A program made the position numbers and the translations under genes. Below the pieces are notes generated by a model. That model was not told the DNA's origin. It did no database searches and saw nothing but the letters and a program-made list of their open reading frames with translations. From Dehalococcoidia bacterium (GTDB lineage: Bacteria; Chloroflexota; Dehalococcoidia; Lucifugimonadales; UBA3495), in contig JASLXV010000025.1 in the NCBI GenBank assembly GCA_030740155.1, positions 63,930 through 127,929 on the forward strand: a DNA stretch of 64,000 nt, in the 5' to 3' direction. Shown piece after piece: positions 40,129 through 50,901 of this stretch. Position 1 is the stretch's first letter. Each line of letters opens with the position of its first letter.

Positions 40129-41406
40129 CTAGCCGCGCCGCAGGATGTTGACCACGCAGGTGCCGCCGGTCCCGCCGACGTTGTGGGTCAGGCCTACCTC
40201 TGGGCCGGGGCCGGGCAGCTGCCGAAGGCCGGCCTCGCCGCGCAGCTGGTGGAAAATCTCGATTACTTGGGCGACCCCGGAAGCCCCTACCGGGTGCCCC
40301 TTGGCCTTGAGGCCGCCGGAGGTGTTGATGGGCCGGTCGCCGTCCAGCGCGGTCCGGCCCTCGTCCAGCGCCCGGGGCCCTTCGCCGGGGGCGAAGAAGC
40401 CCAGGTCTTCGGATGCGATGATCTCGGCGATGGTGAAGCAGTCGTGGACTTCGGCGACCTGGATGTCCTTGGGGGTCACTCCGGCCATTTCGTAGGCCTG
40501 AGCCGCCGCCGCCTTGGCCGAGGCCAGGGAGGTCAACTCCTCGGCGTCGTGCAGGGGCCGGCCGGTGGCCTGGCCCATGCCGGCTATCTGCACCGGCTTG
40601 TCGGTGAAGTTGCCGGCCAACTCCGAGGCCACCAGCAGCACGCAGGCGGCGCCGTCGGTTATGGGCGCACAGTCGTAGAGCCGCAGCGGCCAGGCGATCC
40701 AGGGGTTGGCCTGAGGGTCGTGCAAGAAGTCCATCTCGTTCTGCCAGGCGGGCACGGGCTGGCCCCGCTCTTGGGCCCGGGCCTTCCGCCGTTCCATCAG
40801 GTCGCGAACGGTCATGTTGAACTGGGCCTTCGGGTTCAAAGCGCCGTTTTGGTGGTTCTTGATGCCCACCTTGAGCAGGTGGTCCAGGCTGGTCTCGTAC
40901 CGGTCCATGTGGGCCTTGGCCAGGGCGCCGAAGATACCGGGGAAGGTCAGCCCGGCGGGGACTTCGTAGAGGGCGTCGGCGGCGGCGAAGAGCACATCGG
41001 TCACCCCGTCAGTGGGCAGATTGGTCATTTTCTCCATGCCGCCCACCAGCACGATGTCGTACATCCCCGAGGCGATGGCCATGATGCCCTCGCGCAGGGC
41101 GCTCCCGCTGCTGGCGCAGGCGTTCTCGACGCGGGTTACCGGGATGGGCGTCAACCCCAGCCAATCGGCGATGATGGGAGCGGTGTGGCCCTGGCGCTCG
41201 AAAAGGTCCGAGGAGAAATTGCCCACGTAGGCGGTCTCGATGTCTTCGATGTCGAAGCCCCGGTCCATGTGGTCGATCAGGTCATGGAAGGCGTCCACGA
41301 ACAGGTCGCGGCTGGTCTTGTCCTTGAAGGCTCCGAAGGGGGACATGCCCGCGCCGACGATCGAAACAGGCCTGCCCAGGCGGCGTTTCTTGATGACCGT
41401 TGCCAT
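40129..41406 (-). CDS. Thiolase (SCP2/archaeal acetyl-CoA acetyltransferase type)
   Basis: RVENACASS, GGMEKMT, NPKAQF, C.PITDGAA, EVHDCFTIAE, GHPVGASG, HNVGG. Confidence 0.93.
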   Translation of the reverse strand: MATVIKKRRLGRPVSIVGAGMSPFGAFKDKTSRDLFVDAFHDLIDHMDRGFDIEDIETAYVGNFSSDLFERQGHTAPIIADWLGLTPIPVTRVENACASSGSALREGIMAIASGMYDIVLVGGMEKMTNLPTDGVTDVLFAAADALYEVPAGLTFPGIFGALAKAHMDRYETSLDHLLKVGIKNHQNGALNPKAQFNMTVRDLMERRKARAQERGQPVPAWQNEMDFLHDPQANPWIAWPLRLYDCAPITDGAACVLLVASELAGNFTDKPVQIAGMGQATGRPLHDAEELTSLASAKAAAAQAYEMAGVTPKDIQVAEVHDCFTIAEIIASEDLGFFAPGEGPRALDEGRTALDGDRPINTSGGLKAKGHPVGASGVAQVIEIFHQLRGEAGLRQLPGPGPEVGLTHNVGGTGGTCVVNILRRG

Positions 41407-41610
41407 ACCCCTTTCCCTCCCCGGATGGTTGGAGCGCGATCTGGATCCAGTGTCTCTTGCAATTATGCTGGCGGCCGCGCTGGCCCGTCAACCGGCCTGG
41501 CCAGGGTACCTGCTGTTCTCGCCCGCCGCCCCGAAAAAGGCGTGAAGGCCGAAGCCCCGCGCGACTAACCAATTCTCGCCTCGGAGTCGCAGCGGCGCTC
41601 GGCGCGGCCA

Positions 41611-42027
41611 TTAGAGCAGCGACGCAACCGCCTTGATCTCCACCAGGAACTCTTCCCGGACCAGTCCGGCGACGACCAGCAAGGTGTTGGTGGGGTAGTC
41701 GGCGTTGGGAAATATTTGGGGGAAGAGTTCGGTGCGAGCCTGAATAAAGGATTGTACCGAATCTCTCCCGACCAGGTAGGTGGTGAACTCCACCACGTCG
41801 CTGAAGGAGGCGCCCGCGCCCTCCAACACCTGTCCAATGTTCTGGAAGACCTGACGGGTCTGGGCGGCTACGTCTCCCGCACCAGCCAGCTTTCCGGCGT
41901 CATCCACCGGCACCTGGCCGGCGATGAACAACAAAGAGCCCGCTTTGGCCCGCGCGGCCATGGAGTAGGCGCCGATGGGCTGAGGCGCCCCGGAGGGGTT
42001 GAAGGTCGTTCGCTGATCTGGTGTCAT
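41611..42027 (-). CDS. RidA/YjgF family protein
   Basis: P.GAYS.A, LFIAGQVPVD, QT...F.NI...L..AG, LVEIKAVA; start reassigned to MTPDQ. Confidence 0.9.
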   Translation of the reverse strand: MTPDQRTTFNPSGAPQPIGAYSMAARAKAGSLLFIAGQVPVDDAGKLAGAGDVAAQTRQVFQNIGQVLEGAGASFSDVVEFTTYLVGRDSVQSFIQARTELFPQIFPNADYPTNTLLVVAGLVREEFLVEIKAVASLL

Positions 42028-42234
42028 TGTCTGAGCCTCCGGGAAGAGTCCGGGTGGGTGAGGGGGCATAGCCGGGCTTATTATAGAGTGGATTTCGCGA
42101 CGGGGGCCAGCTTGCAGCCACGGGCCGACCGCGGCTACGGCCATGGGGAGCGAGATGTCCTTGTTCCAGCGGTGCTGCAGCCCGCGGTGACCCGGCGAGT
42201 GTGCTATTCGGTGCCCCATGGTATACTCGGCACC

Positions 42235-42675
42235 ATGACAGGCGAGGCGGCCAGGCCCCAGATAGGTGTGGGCGTCATATTCGTGAGGGACGGGCGGGTC
42301 TTCCTGGCCAGAAGGCTGGGCGCCCACGGCGAAGATACCTGGGCATCGGCGGGGGGCCACCTGGAGATGGGCGAGTCGCTGGAACAGTGCGCTCGCCGGG
42401 AATCCATGGAAGAGTTGGGTGTGACCGTGGGAGATCTGCGGTTCCTCTGCGTGAGCAATATAATCGCCTACGGCAAGCATTACGTGGACATTGAGTTTCT
42501 GGGAGATATCGACGGCCAGGAGCCCGGATTGGCCGAGCCGGATAGGTTTACCGACGGCGGCTGGTTCCCGCTGGACAGCCTGCCCCGGCCCTTATTCCAC
42601 GCGGTGGAGTACGCGCTGGATAGTCTGCGCACGGGCCACAACTACTATCCAGGCGGCGCGGGTCCATTCGCGTGA
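42235..42675 (+). CDS. NUDIX hydrolase (NUDT15/MutT-like)
   Basis: P.IGVGV, Nudix box GGHLEMGESLEQCARRESMEELG, HYV, EPD, WF.LD.LP.PLF. Confidence 0.9.
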   Translation: MTGEAARPQIGVGVIFVRDGRVFLARRLGAHGEDTWASAGGHLEMGESLEQCARRESMEELGVTVGDLRFLCVSNIIAYGKHYVDIEFLGDIDGQEPGLAEPDRFTDGGWFPLDSLPRPLFHAVEYALDSLRTGHNYYPGGAGPFA

Positions 42676-42774
42676 CCGCTGGGCGGCCTGGCTCATTTGG
42701 GGAGCCGGCCCAGCCCCCTTTTCCTCTGCAAACCCTGAGGCATGCTTCCCTAGGGACCATTGAGGAGGTTCGAT

Positions 42775-43446
42775 ATGGCGGCCAAGAAAGGGCGAGGCCT
42801 GCTGATGGTCTACGCCGACGTGCGAGCTGAGGACGAAGATGAGTTCAACCGTTGGTACAACGAGGAGCACATCCCGGAGCGGCTTGCCATCCCCGGAGTG
42901 CTCGACGCCGCTCGCTACGTTGCCGTCCAGGGCGGGCCGAAATACCTGGCCTACTATGAGCTTGACGAAGCCGAGGCGTATTTCTCAGACGCCTGGCAGT
43001 ACCGGCTGAACAACCCAACCGAGTGGACGAAACGCATGTCACCTTCCGTGGTCGGAATCAATGCAGTGCGCAACGTGTACCGGCTGATCTACCCGGACGA
43101 CGTATCCGAAGAGACGGCCCAGGCCGGCATGGCCCCGGCGCTGGTGGTGGGCCGGATGTCCGTGACGGACGAGGTGGAGGCCCTGTTCAACCAGGAGTAC
43201 AACACCGAACGCATACCCCTCTGCTCCCGGGTGCCGGGCTACATTCGGGGCCGGCGCTTTGAGGCGGTGATGGGCGAGCCCAAGTACATCACGTTGCATG
43301 AGGTGGGAAGCGCCGAAGTGCGCGAGAGCCAGGCTTGGCACGTGTGGCGGAACGCGGCGCCGCCCCAATGGTCGGAAACCGTCCGCCCCCAGATGACCCA
43401 CGCTCCGGGCTCGCCGGGGGTTTACACCCGAATATTCCCGGCCTAA
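42775..43446 (+). CDS. DUF4286/EthD-like protein with two tandem dimeric alpha-beta barrel repeats
   Basis: FN.WYNEEH.PERL..PG...A.RY...GGPKYLA.YE and second copy FN.EYN.E..P....PG....RF....PKY...HE. Confidence 0.7.
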   Translation: MAAKKGRGLLMVYADVRAEDEDEFNRWYNEEHIPERLAIPGVLDAARYVAVQGGPKYLAYYELDEAEAYFSDAWQYRLNNPTEWTKRMSPSVVGINAVRNVYRLIYPDDVSEETAQAGMAPALVVGRMSVTDEVEALFNQEYNTERIPLCSRVPGYIRGRRFEAVMGEPKYITLHEVGSAEVRESQAWHVWRNAAPPQWSETVRPQMTHAPGSPGVYTRIFPA

Positions 43447-43859
43447 CCCGGGGCCTCCTCGCTCCGCGGCCAGCCTCGGACCCTAAAGAGATTCAAACCT
43501 CCTTCGGACCTCCGCGGGTGTGGATGAGGATCTCGTCGGGAGCCGCCGGACAAAGCTGGCTCCAACAACCGAAACCCGGCTTACGACTCAGGCCGGTAGC
43601 GTTTTCAGCTTGCCTGAACGCAGACCGGGCCCCACGCCTGACGGCCGGCCAGGCGTACCGATGCGGGGCGAGACTAACGATTTTCGTCTGACCGGGCTTA
43701 GTAGACATAAAATTGACGTATATTGGTGAGGGAATTACGGGTAACTCAGCTACGAATCTGGTATAATAAACCGGCGCTGTTGGAGGCGAAGCTCAAGCTT
43801 CGCCTTGCAACCTTCGGCTGATCCAATTCCTGCCCTTAGCGCAAATCCGCCCGGGATAG

Positions 43860-45800
<1,941 letters not shown>

Positions 45801-45824
45801 GGAATAATCTTCAGGAGGAACGAT

Positions 45825-46091
45825 TTGCCCGCGAAGAAAGCCGGCCGCCGATCATTGAAACGCTATCGCCGTAATGGCAGCGTTAGGACCGCTACCAGGA
45901 CCGCTATCAGCAAGGCTTTGCGCGCAGTGGAGTCGGGCGATGTGGCGGTAGCGGAGCCCGTCGTCAAGGACGCGATCAGCACCCTGGACCGGACAGTGCG
46001 CAAGAGGGTGCTGCACAAGAACAACGTCGCTCGCCGCAAGTCCCGGATCGCGGCTAAACTGAACCGCATTCGGGGAACCGAGTCCGCCTAA
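45825..46091 (+). CDS. rpsT: 30S ribosomal protein S20
   Basis: N.S..T..RT.I.K, LD....K.VLHKNNVARRKSR; TTG start with AGGAGG SD. Confidence 0.93.
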   Translation: MPAKKAGRRSLKRYRRNGSVRTATRTAISKALRAVESGDVAVAEPVVKDAISTLDRTVRKRVLHKNNVARRKSRIAAKLNRIRGTESA

Positions 46092-46195
46092 CCAACGGTA
46101 GTTTAACCGGCCTCGAAGTCGACCGGGCTTGGATGGCCGGTAGCGGTGCGGCTACCGATTCAGTGGGGTAAGCCGCCGTTTAGCGACACCGTGTC

Positions 46196-46223
46196 GAGGC
46201 TGCTTTCAGGGCGGCCTCGTTTG
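46196..46223 (+). terminator. Probable terminator hairpin after rpsT
   Basis: CGAGGCTGC-TTTCAGG-GCGGCCTCG-TTT. Confidence 0.45.
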
Positions 46224-46271
46224 GCGTCGGGGACCTTGCTCCAGGCGCGCCGTCGAGGTGACAGAGTGTCA

Positions 46272-46320
46272 TTGACAGGTAGGAACCCCTTTGCTAGCCT
46301 GGGAACAGAACAAAGGTTTT
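46272..46320 (+). promoter_or_regulatory. lexA promoter with overlapping Gram-positive-type LexA (SOS) box
   Basis: TTGACA-17 nt-TAGCCT with extended TG; AGAAC-AAAG-GTTTT at 46307-46320 resembles GAAC-N4-GTTC. Confidence 0.7.
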
Positions 46321-46333
46321 AGGGAGGCAGGGC

Positions 46334-46987
46334 ATGGCGGGCAAAGGCAAACTTTCTCCGAGGCGGCGCCAAATTCTGGAGTTTATCCAGGGATTCATTA
46401 GTGAAAACGGAATCCCTCCTACCATCCGGGACATTCAGAGGGCCTGCGACATCAGTTCCACCTCGGTGGTGGACTACAACCTCCACCGGTTGCGGGAGGG
46501 CGGCTACCTGAACCGGCGGCCGGACGTGGCCCGGGGAATCGAGTTGCTGGACGAGGCCGGGCAGCCGGTGTCGACGGCCCCCAGAGTCCAGATTATCGGC
46601 GCAATCGCCGCCGGTATGCCGCTGCCGGTGTTTTCAACCGAGGAGGTGGCCTCCAGCGCGGAGTTCGACGCCATCGAGATTTCCCCGGACCTCCAGCGCC
46701 GCCACGGCAGGCTTTACGGCCTGATGGTCCACGGCACCTCCATGATTGACGCCCTGATCGACGACGGCGACGTAGTTATCGTCAAACCCGTGCCTCAGGC
46801 GGCCAACGGTGAGATGGTGGTGGCTTGGCTCAAGGATCGGGAAGAGGCCACGCTGAAAAAGATCTATCTGGAAGGGGACCAGGTGCGCCTCCAGCCGGCC
46901 AACAGCCAGATGGAGCCTATTTACAGCCCCGCGAGCAATGTGGAAGTCCATGGCAAGGTGGTAGCGGTAATCCGGAAGTTTGGCTAG
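46334..46987 (+). CDS. lexA: LexA repressor
   Basis: PPTIRDI...C.ISSTSVVDYNL, IAAG cleavage site, GTSMIDA.I.DGD, EATLKK, LQPAN. Confidence 0.97.
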   Translation: MAGKGKLSPRRRQILEFIQGFISENGIPPTIRDIQRACDISSTSVVDYNLHRLREGGYLNRRPDVARGIELLDEAGQPVSTAPRVQIIGAIAAGMPLPVFSTEEVASSAEFDAIEISPDLQRRHGRLYGLMVHGTSMIDALIDDGDVVIVKPVPQAANGEMVVAWLKDREEATLKKIYLEGDQVRLQPANSQMEPIYSPASNVEVHGKVVAVIRKFG

Positions 46988-47054
46988 TTCACCGTCTTGT
47001 TAATAGCCTCACACCGGCGAAATCAGCCGGCTTACCCCACCTCTCCCCACAACC

Positions 47055-47113
47055 GCCTTTCCGGCGAAGGCCGGAATCCACGAGAACGTTAGCTTGATCC
47101 CGGCTTCCGCCGG
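47055..47113. repeat. REP-like palindromic repeat (third copy)
   Basis: CTTTCCGGCGAAGGCCGGAATCCA...TGATCCCGGCTTCCGCCGG. Confidence 0.75.
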
Positions 47114-47138
47114 TTTAGGGAAACCCGCTCCTAGTTGT

Positions 47139-47621
47139 CTACAGCGGGCCTTCCACACACGAAGCACCCCGCGTATCCGAAACGGCTGGCCACCGGCGAA
47201 TTGGGCTTCTCAGGTCCCGAAGCTGTGGCGATTGCCCGGACCTCAGGGCTCGGCGCCGGCCGTTGGCCAGACTGCCAAAGGTAGCAACACAGAAAGGCAC
47301 GCAGTAGGTCAGCGGGACCTTCCAATACAGGGCGCTCCCCCACCCCCCGGCGAAGATGACATCTCCCTGATTGAGCAGGGTCAGAATGGTCCCCACCACC
47401 GCTGCCACCTTGAGGGAACGCCGGAGCATGGGCCGGTGCCGGAGGGCGCACAAAATGCATCTGGCGGCCTCGCCAGCCCGGTACCCAATCTCCTGCCGGG
47501 CTACGGTGGGACCGGCCTTGAGCATGAAAGCCCAGCCACGGGCCAAGTGCCGCCCGCACCGGTAGCAGGCCGATAGGTCGACGGCGTCGAGGCCGGGTTC
47601 TCTGTCGATAGCGCGGTCCAT
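47139..47621 (-). CDS. NrtS-family small membrane protein with N-terminal CxxC...CxxC domain
   Basis: SL.VA.VVGTIL..LNQGD...K..LTY.VPFCVAT.G core preceded by CYRC and CILC. Confidence 0.75.
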   Translation of the reverse strand: MDRAIDREPGLDAVDLSACYRCGRHLARGWAFMLKAGPTVARQEIGYRAGEAARCILCALRHRPMLRRSLKVAAVVGTILTLLNQGDVIFAGGWGSALYWKVPLTYCVPFCVATFGSLANGRRRALRSGQSPQLRDLRSPIRRWPAVSDTRGASCVEGPL

Positions 47622-47758
47622 TGGTTGGTACGTGTCCTCTCAGAGCGGATCTTGGAACGGTTGCCGCAACTTGAGGTCCGAAAGGCGGCGGCGGTGAGCC
47701 GGCTTTCTTCGCCAGGGGTGACAGGGCGCCCTTCCGGCCGTGCCTGAAGATTCTCGGT

Positions 47759-47787
47759 ATTGTAGTTCGTAGCTAGCTCAGTGTCAA
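47759..47787 (-). promoter_or_regulatory. Sigma70-type promoter upstream of the nrtS-like gene
   Basis: TTGACA-17 nt-TACAAT on the minus strand. Confidence 0.7.
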
Positions 47788-48108
47788 TTCAACCCTCCCC
47801 TGAAGCGGATGACTGATCGCCTCAGCTAGGGTGAGCCGGTTGCCTGGCTCTCCGTTTGGCTGCCCATTGCTGGGGCATCTTCCCTGCAGGTTCACTGGGC
47901 CCTTGGCTGGCGTGGAGCGGACCTCAATAGGGGATCTTCAGGGGATCGAGGGTTGCGTTTGAAGGGAATACGGCTGGCCCGCTTGGATCAGGACCGGATT
48001 CAGGGCAACAGATCTCTGGAAGCGGGCTGAACGTTGGAGCGACTGATAAGAGAGGGTTCTTTACTGGCCAAGACACCGGAGCAGTAGCATCGGCTGATTC
48101 CCGGACAG

Positions 48109-48140
48109 TAAAAGGGCCGGCATCTGAAAGAGCCGGCCCT
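48109..48140 (-). terminator. Intrinsic terminator after the membrane-protein pair
   Basis: AGGGCCGGC-loop-GCCGGCCCT-TTT on the minus strand. Confidence 0.7.
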
Positions 48141-48165
48141 CTGCGCCATCGGAATGCTTCTAGCT

Positions 48166-48900
48166 CTAGGACAGGAGGTCCCACAGCCGCCTGGATTGCC
48201 AGCGGAGCACCTCTACGATGGTGGCCAGCGCCAGGCCGATGCTGGACAGCAGCATGGCCACGCCGACGAACTTGAGCGGCGCCAGCCAGGCCCCTACCGT
48301 GTTGATCGTCTGCAGATCGCTCAGCAGAGCGCTTCCGGCGACTGCCAGGTTGAGTTGGGTGGCGATGGAGTGGTTCCAGTAGTCGTAGGCGGTGAACGCC
48401 GTGACCACGCTGATGATCAGCGAAACCATCAGGACCATCATGCCCATCATCATGACTATCGGGAACACCCTCGCGGTCATAGGAGGCTTTATGATCCTAA
48501 CCGGAACTCCCAAAACCTGTTGGACCCGTCCTCCCCCGGTCCGCAGGGCGCCGAGAATGGTGGCCAGGAGGAAGGTAACGCCGCCCAGGATCATGCCCAT
48601 GCCCAAGAACTTGAAGGCGGGCAGCCAGATTCTTGTGGCCTAGGAGAACGCCCGGTCCTTCGCCAGGTCTGAGCCGGTTACCGCCGCCTCCCGGACCTCT
48701 TTTGAGGCGTCAAAGTAATCAGAGGTGATGGACGTGTTGACCAACCCGTAGGCAAATGCGGCCACTACGATCATGAATCCCATGGCGATGAAGGGGATCC
48801 ACATCTTGTTCGCCATGGCCTGCATCCCGGTAACTCCGACCGGTAGCTGGTTAGAGGTGAACTGAATTTCTTGACTCGGGCCTTGAGCTATACTTGCCAT
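48166..48900 (-). pseudogene. Two-module membrane protein of unknown family, interrupted by one in-frame TAG (48640-48642)
   Basis: ORFs 48640-48900 and 48166-48606 are in frame; FS*ATRIWL aligns with NLQATRAWL of the upstream paralog; AAAGGAG SD. Confidence 0.75.
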
Positions 48901-48951
48901 TTTCTACTCCTTTGTTTCCCGTGACGATCTCGGGGGATCGATCTGGCGCCC

Positions 48952-49335
48952 CTAACCGCGAACGCGGCGCTCTTTGAGCACGGGCAAAACCGCGGCCATG
49001 GTGTTGCCACGCAGCCGTACGTATTTCAATATGTTGGCGAAGGCGAACCCAAATCCCAGAAGAAAAGTCGCCAGTCCTAACACTTCCAAAGGCATCAGCC
49101 ACGCCCTGGTCGCCTGCAGGTTCTGCAGGTCGGAAAGGGCTGCGGACCCGGCCAGGGCGGCATCCCGGGTTGCCTTTGAGAAGGTATAGTAATCGTTGGC
49201 CCAAACGGACACGACGACCCACGCAATTGTTGCCGCCATGATGGCCATCGCGCCCAGAACCCAGAGCCCCGCGGCTATCTTGAGACGGGGCGTTGCTCCC
49301 CGGGCCTGAGCCATTAACGCTTCGTTACTCACCAC
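48952..49335 (-). CDS. One-module membrane protein paralogous to 48166-48900
   Basis: Two TM helices around DYY..SK..R.AA.AGS..L.DLQ; AAGGAGG SD; GTG start. Confidence 0.75.
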   Translation of the reverse strand: MVSNEALMAQARGATPRLKIAAGLWVLGAMAIMAATIAWVVVSVWANDYYTFSKATRDAALAGSAALSDLQNLQATRAWLMPLEVLGLATFLLGFGFAFANILKYVRLRGNTMAAVLPVLKERRVRG

Positions 49336-49608
49336 CTTGCTCCTCCTTTCGAGGCGAAGGCCACCTCAACAGTTGTGCACCCACCGGTTGATTCACGCTG
49401 CATCTCACCCGCCATTGCTTCTTCCTTCACCTCGTAATACTTGGATGCTGCGACCAACACGGCGATTCATCCAGCTTGTGCGGGGCTTCAGGAGAACCTA
49501 TACTGAGTTGTCGTGAACCGGGGGCGGAGGTGGATGCAACGATCTCTCACGGCAGGCCCGCTTCATTGGAGGCTCGGCTCGCCGCTGAGAGAGTCATGGA
49601 GAGGGCGG

Positions 49609-50304
49609 ATGTACGATTTTCATACTCACACCTTTCTCAGCGACGGCGTGCTGTCTCCCACAGAGCTGATCCGCCGTGCTCTGGTGCGGGGGTATCGGGC
49701 GATAGCCGTCACCGACCACGTGGGGGTGGGGAATCTGGAGTTGGTGGTCAAGACGCTGGTCAAGGACTGTGCCGAGGCGACCAAGCGGTGGGATATCCTG
49801 GCTTTACCCGGCGTGGAGATCACCCACGTCCCCAAAGAGGATATCGACCTGGTGGCCCGGGCCGCCAAAGACTTGGGGGCCCGGTTGGTGACCGTGCACG
49901 GGGAGACGATCGTGGAGCCGGTAGAGCCGGGAACCAATGACGCCGCGGTGCGGTCGGCATCGGTAGATATCTTGGCCCATCCGGGCCTGATCAGCTACGA
50001 CGATGCTCGTCTAGCGGCGGAAAGAGGCGTGTACCTGGAGATGTCGGCTCGCAAAGGCCATAGCCTCACCAACGGCCATGTGGCCAAGGTGGCTAAGCAG
50101 GCCGGGGCCGCCATGGTGCTTGACTCAGACGCCCATGAGCCGGACGATCTGTTGACCCCGGAACTCACACGCAGCATAGCGATGGGCGCGGGCCTCACCG
50201 ACGAAGAAGCCCACGCCCTATTGCAACTGAATCCGCGAAACCTGTTGGCGAAACTCGGGTTCGGACCTGCCCCGGCGTCTGAGACGGGGGCAATCTCGCC
50301 CTAA
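49609..50304 (+). CDS. PHP-family phosphoesterase (histidinol-phosphatase-like, archaeal-type)
   Basis: DFHTHTFLSDG, TDH, GVEITHVP, VHGETIVEPV, ILAHPG, DSDAH. Confidence 0.9.
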   Translation: MYDFHTHTFLSDGVLSPTELIRRALVRGYRAIAVTDHVGVGNLELVVKTLVKDCAEATKRWDILALPGVEITHVPKEDIDLVARAAKDLGARLVTVHGETIVEPVEPGTNDAAVRSASVDILAHPGLISYDDARLAAERGVYLEMSARKGHSLTNGHVAKVAKQAGAAMVLDSDAHEPDDLLTPELTRSIAMGAGLTDEEAHALLQLNPRNLLAKLGFGPAPASETGAISP

Positions 50305-50335
50305 AAGATATATTACATGCCTGATGGCAGGCCGG

Positions 50336-50476
50336 TTATGCCTTGCCTATTCGAAAGACCTTGGTGCCACACGTGGGGCAGACGCCCTGGGTTGCGGGCC
50401 GTCCATTCTTCAGAGTTACCTGCTTTGGATTGGAAATTTCCCGTTTGCTTCGACACTTGAAGCAGTATGCCTCCAT
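50336..50476 (-). CDS. DUF5679-like small basic Zn-ribbon protein (46 aa)
   Basis: MEAYCFKCRSKREISNPKQVTLKNGRPATQGVCPTCGTKVFRIGKA; GGGGGGT SD. Confidence 0.85.
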   Translation of the reverse strand: MEAYCFKCRSKREISNPKQVTLKNGRPATQGVCPTCGTKVFRIGKA

Positions 50477-50688
50477 GTTCTTGACCCCCCATCCTTGATT
50501 GGGTTTGTCCGGCGTAATCAATGGTGTTCCGTGTTTTGCTGGAAGCTGGGCTCCGCGTTCCCATTTAAGCGAGGTGCGGACGTCGGTGGTAGCTTCCCTG
50601 GCTGTGCCCTTGCTTTCCCGCGCCTCCTTACAACCGGATCCCTCGTTGGTGTAAAGCAGTCGGTACACACGTTAACATAATCGATACC

Positions 50689-50716
50689 AATATACCGATT
50701 GGACGGATTTTGTCAA
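50689..50716 (-). promoter_or_regulatory. Probable promoter giving the DUF5679 gene a ~200-nt 5' UTR
   Basis: TTGACA-16 nt-TATATT on the minus strand. Confidence 0.55.
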
Positions 50717-50901
50717 GGCGAATAGGTGGGCAATTGCTGTTTTGCCCGAAAATTGGCCAGAAAAAGCCCCAATACCCTCTGCCCGGGCGGGTCCGAATGA
50801 CCGCTTGAGCCAGTCCGGGGTTCGAACCCGGAGCCGGGTAGGCTGGCATTGGCCTGCCGGCAACGCACCGGCGAAAGGCTGATCGGCCGGCTGGGTAGCC
50901 C

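Noticed and set aside
43493..43708. 71-aa minus-strand ORF upstream of gyrB
   Set aside because: No SD, no motif and no codon pattern; more likely intergenic/promoter DNA.
50775..50900. tRNA-like element around CCGGGGTTCGAACCCGG
   Set aside because: Only a T-arm-like hairpin; no D arm, anticodon arm or acceptor stem could be built on either strand.
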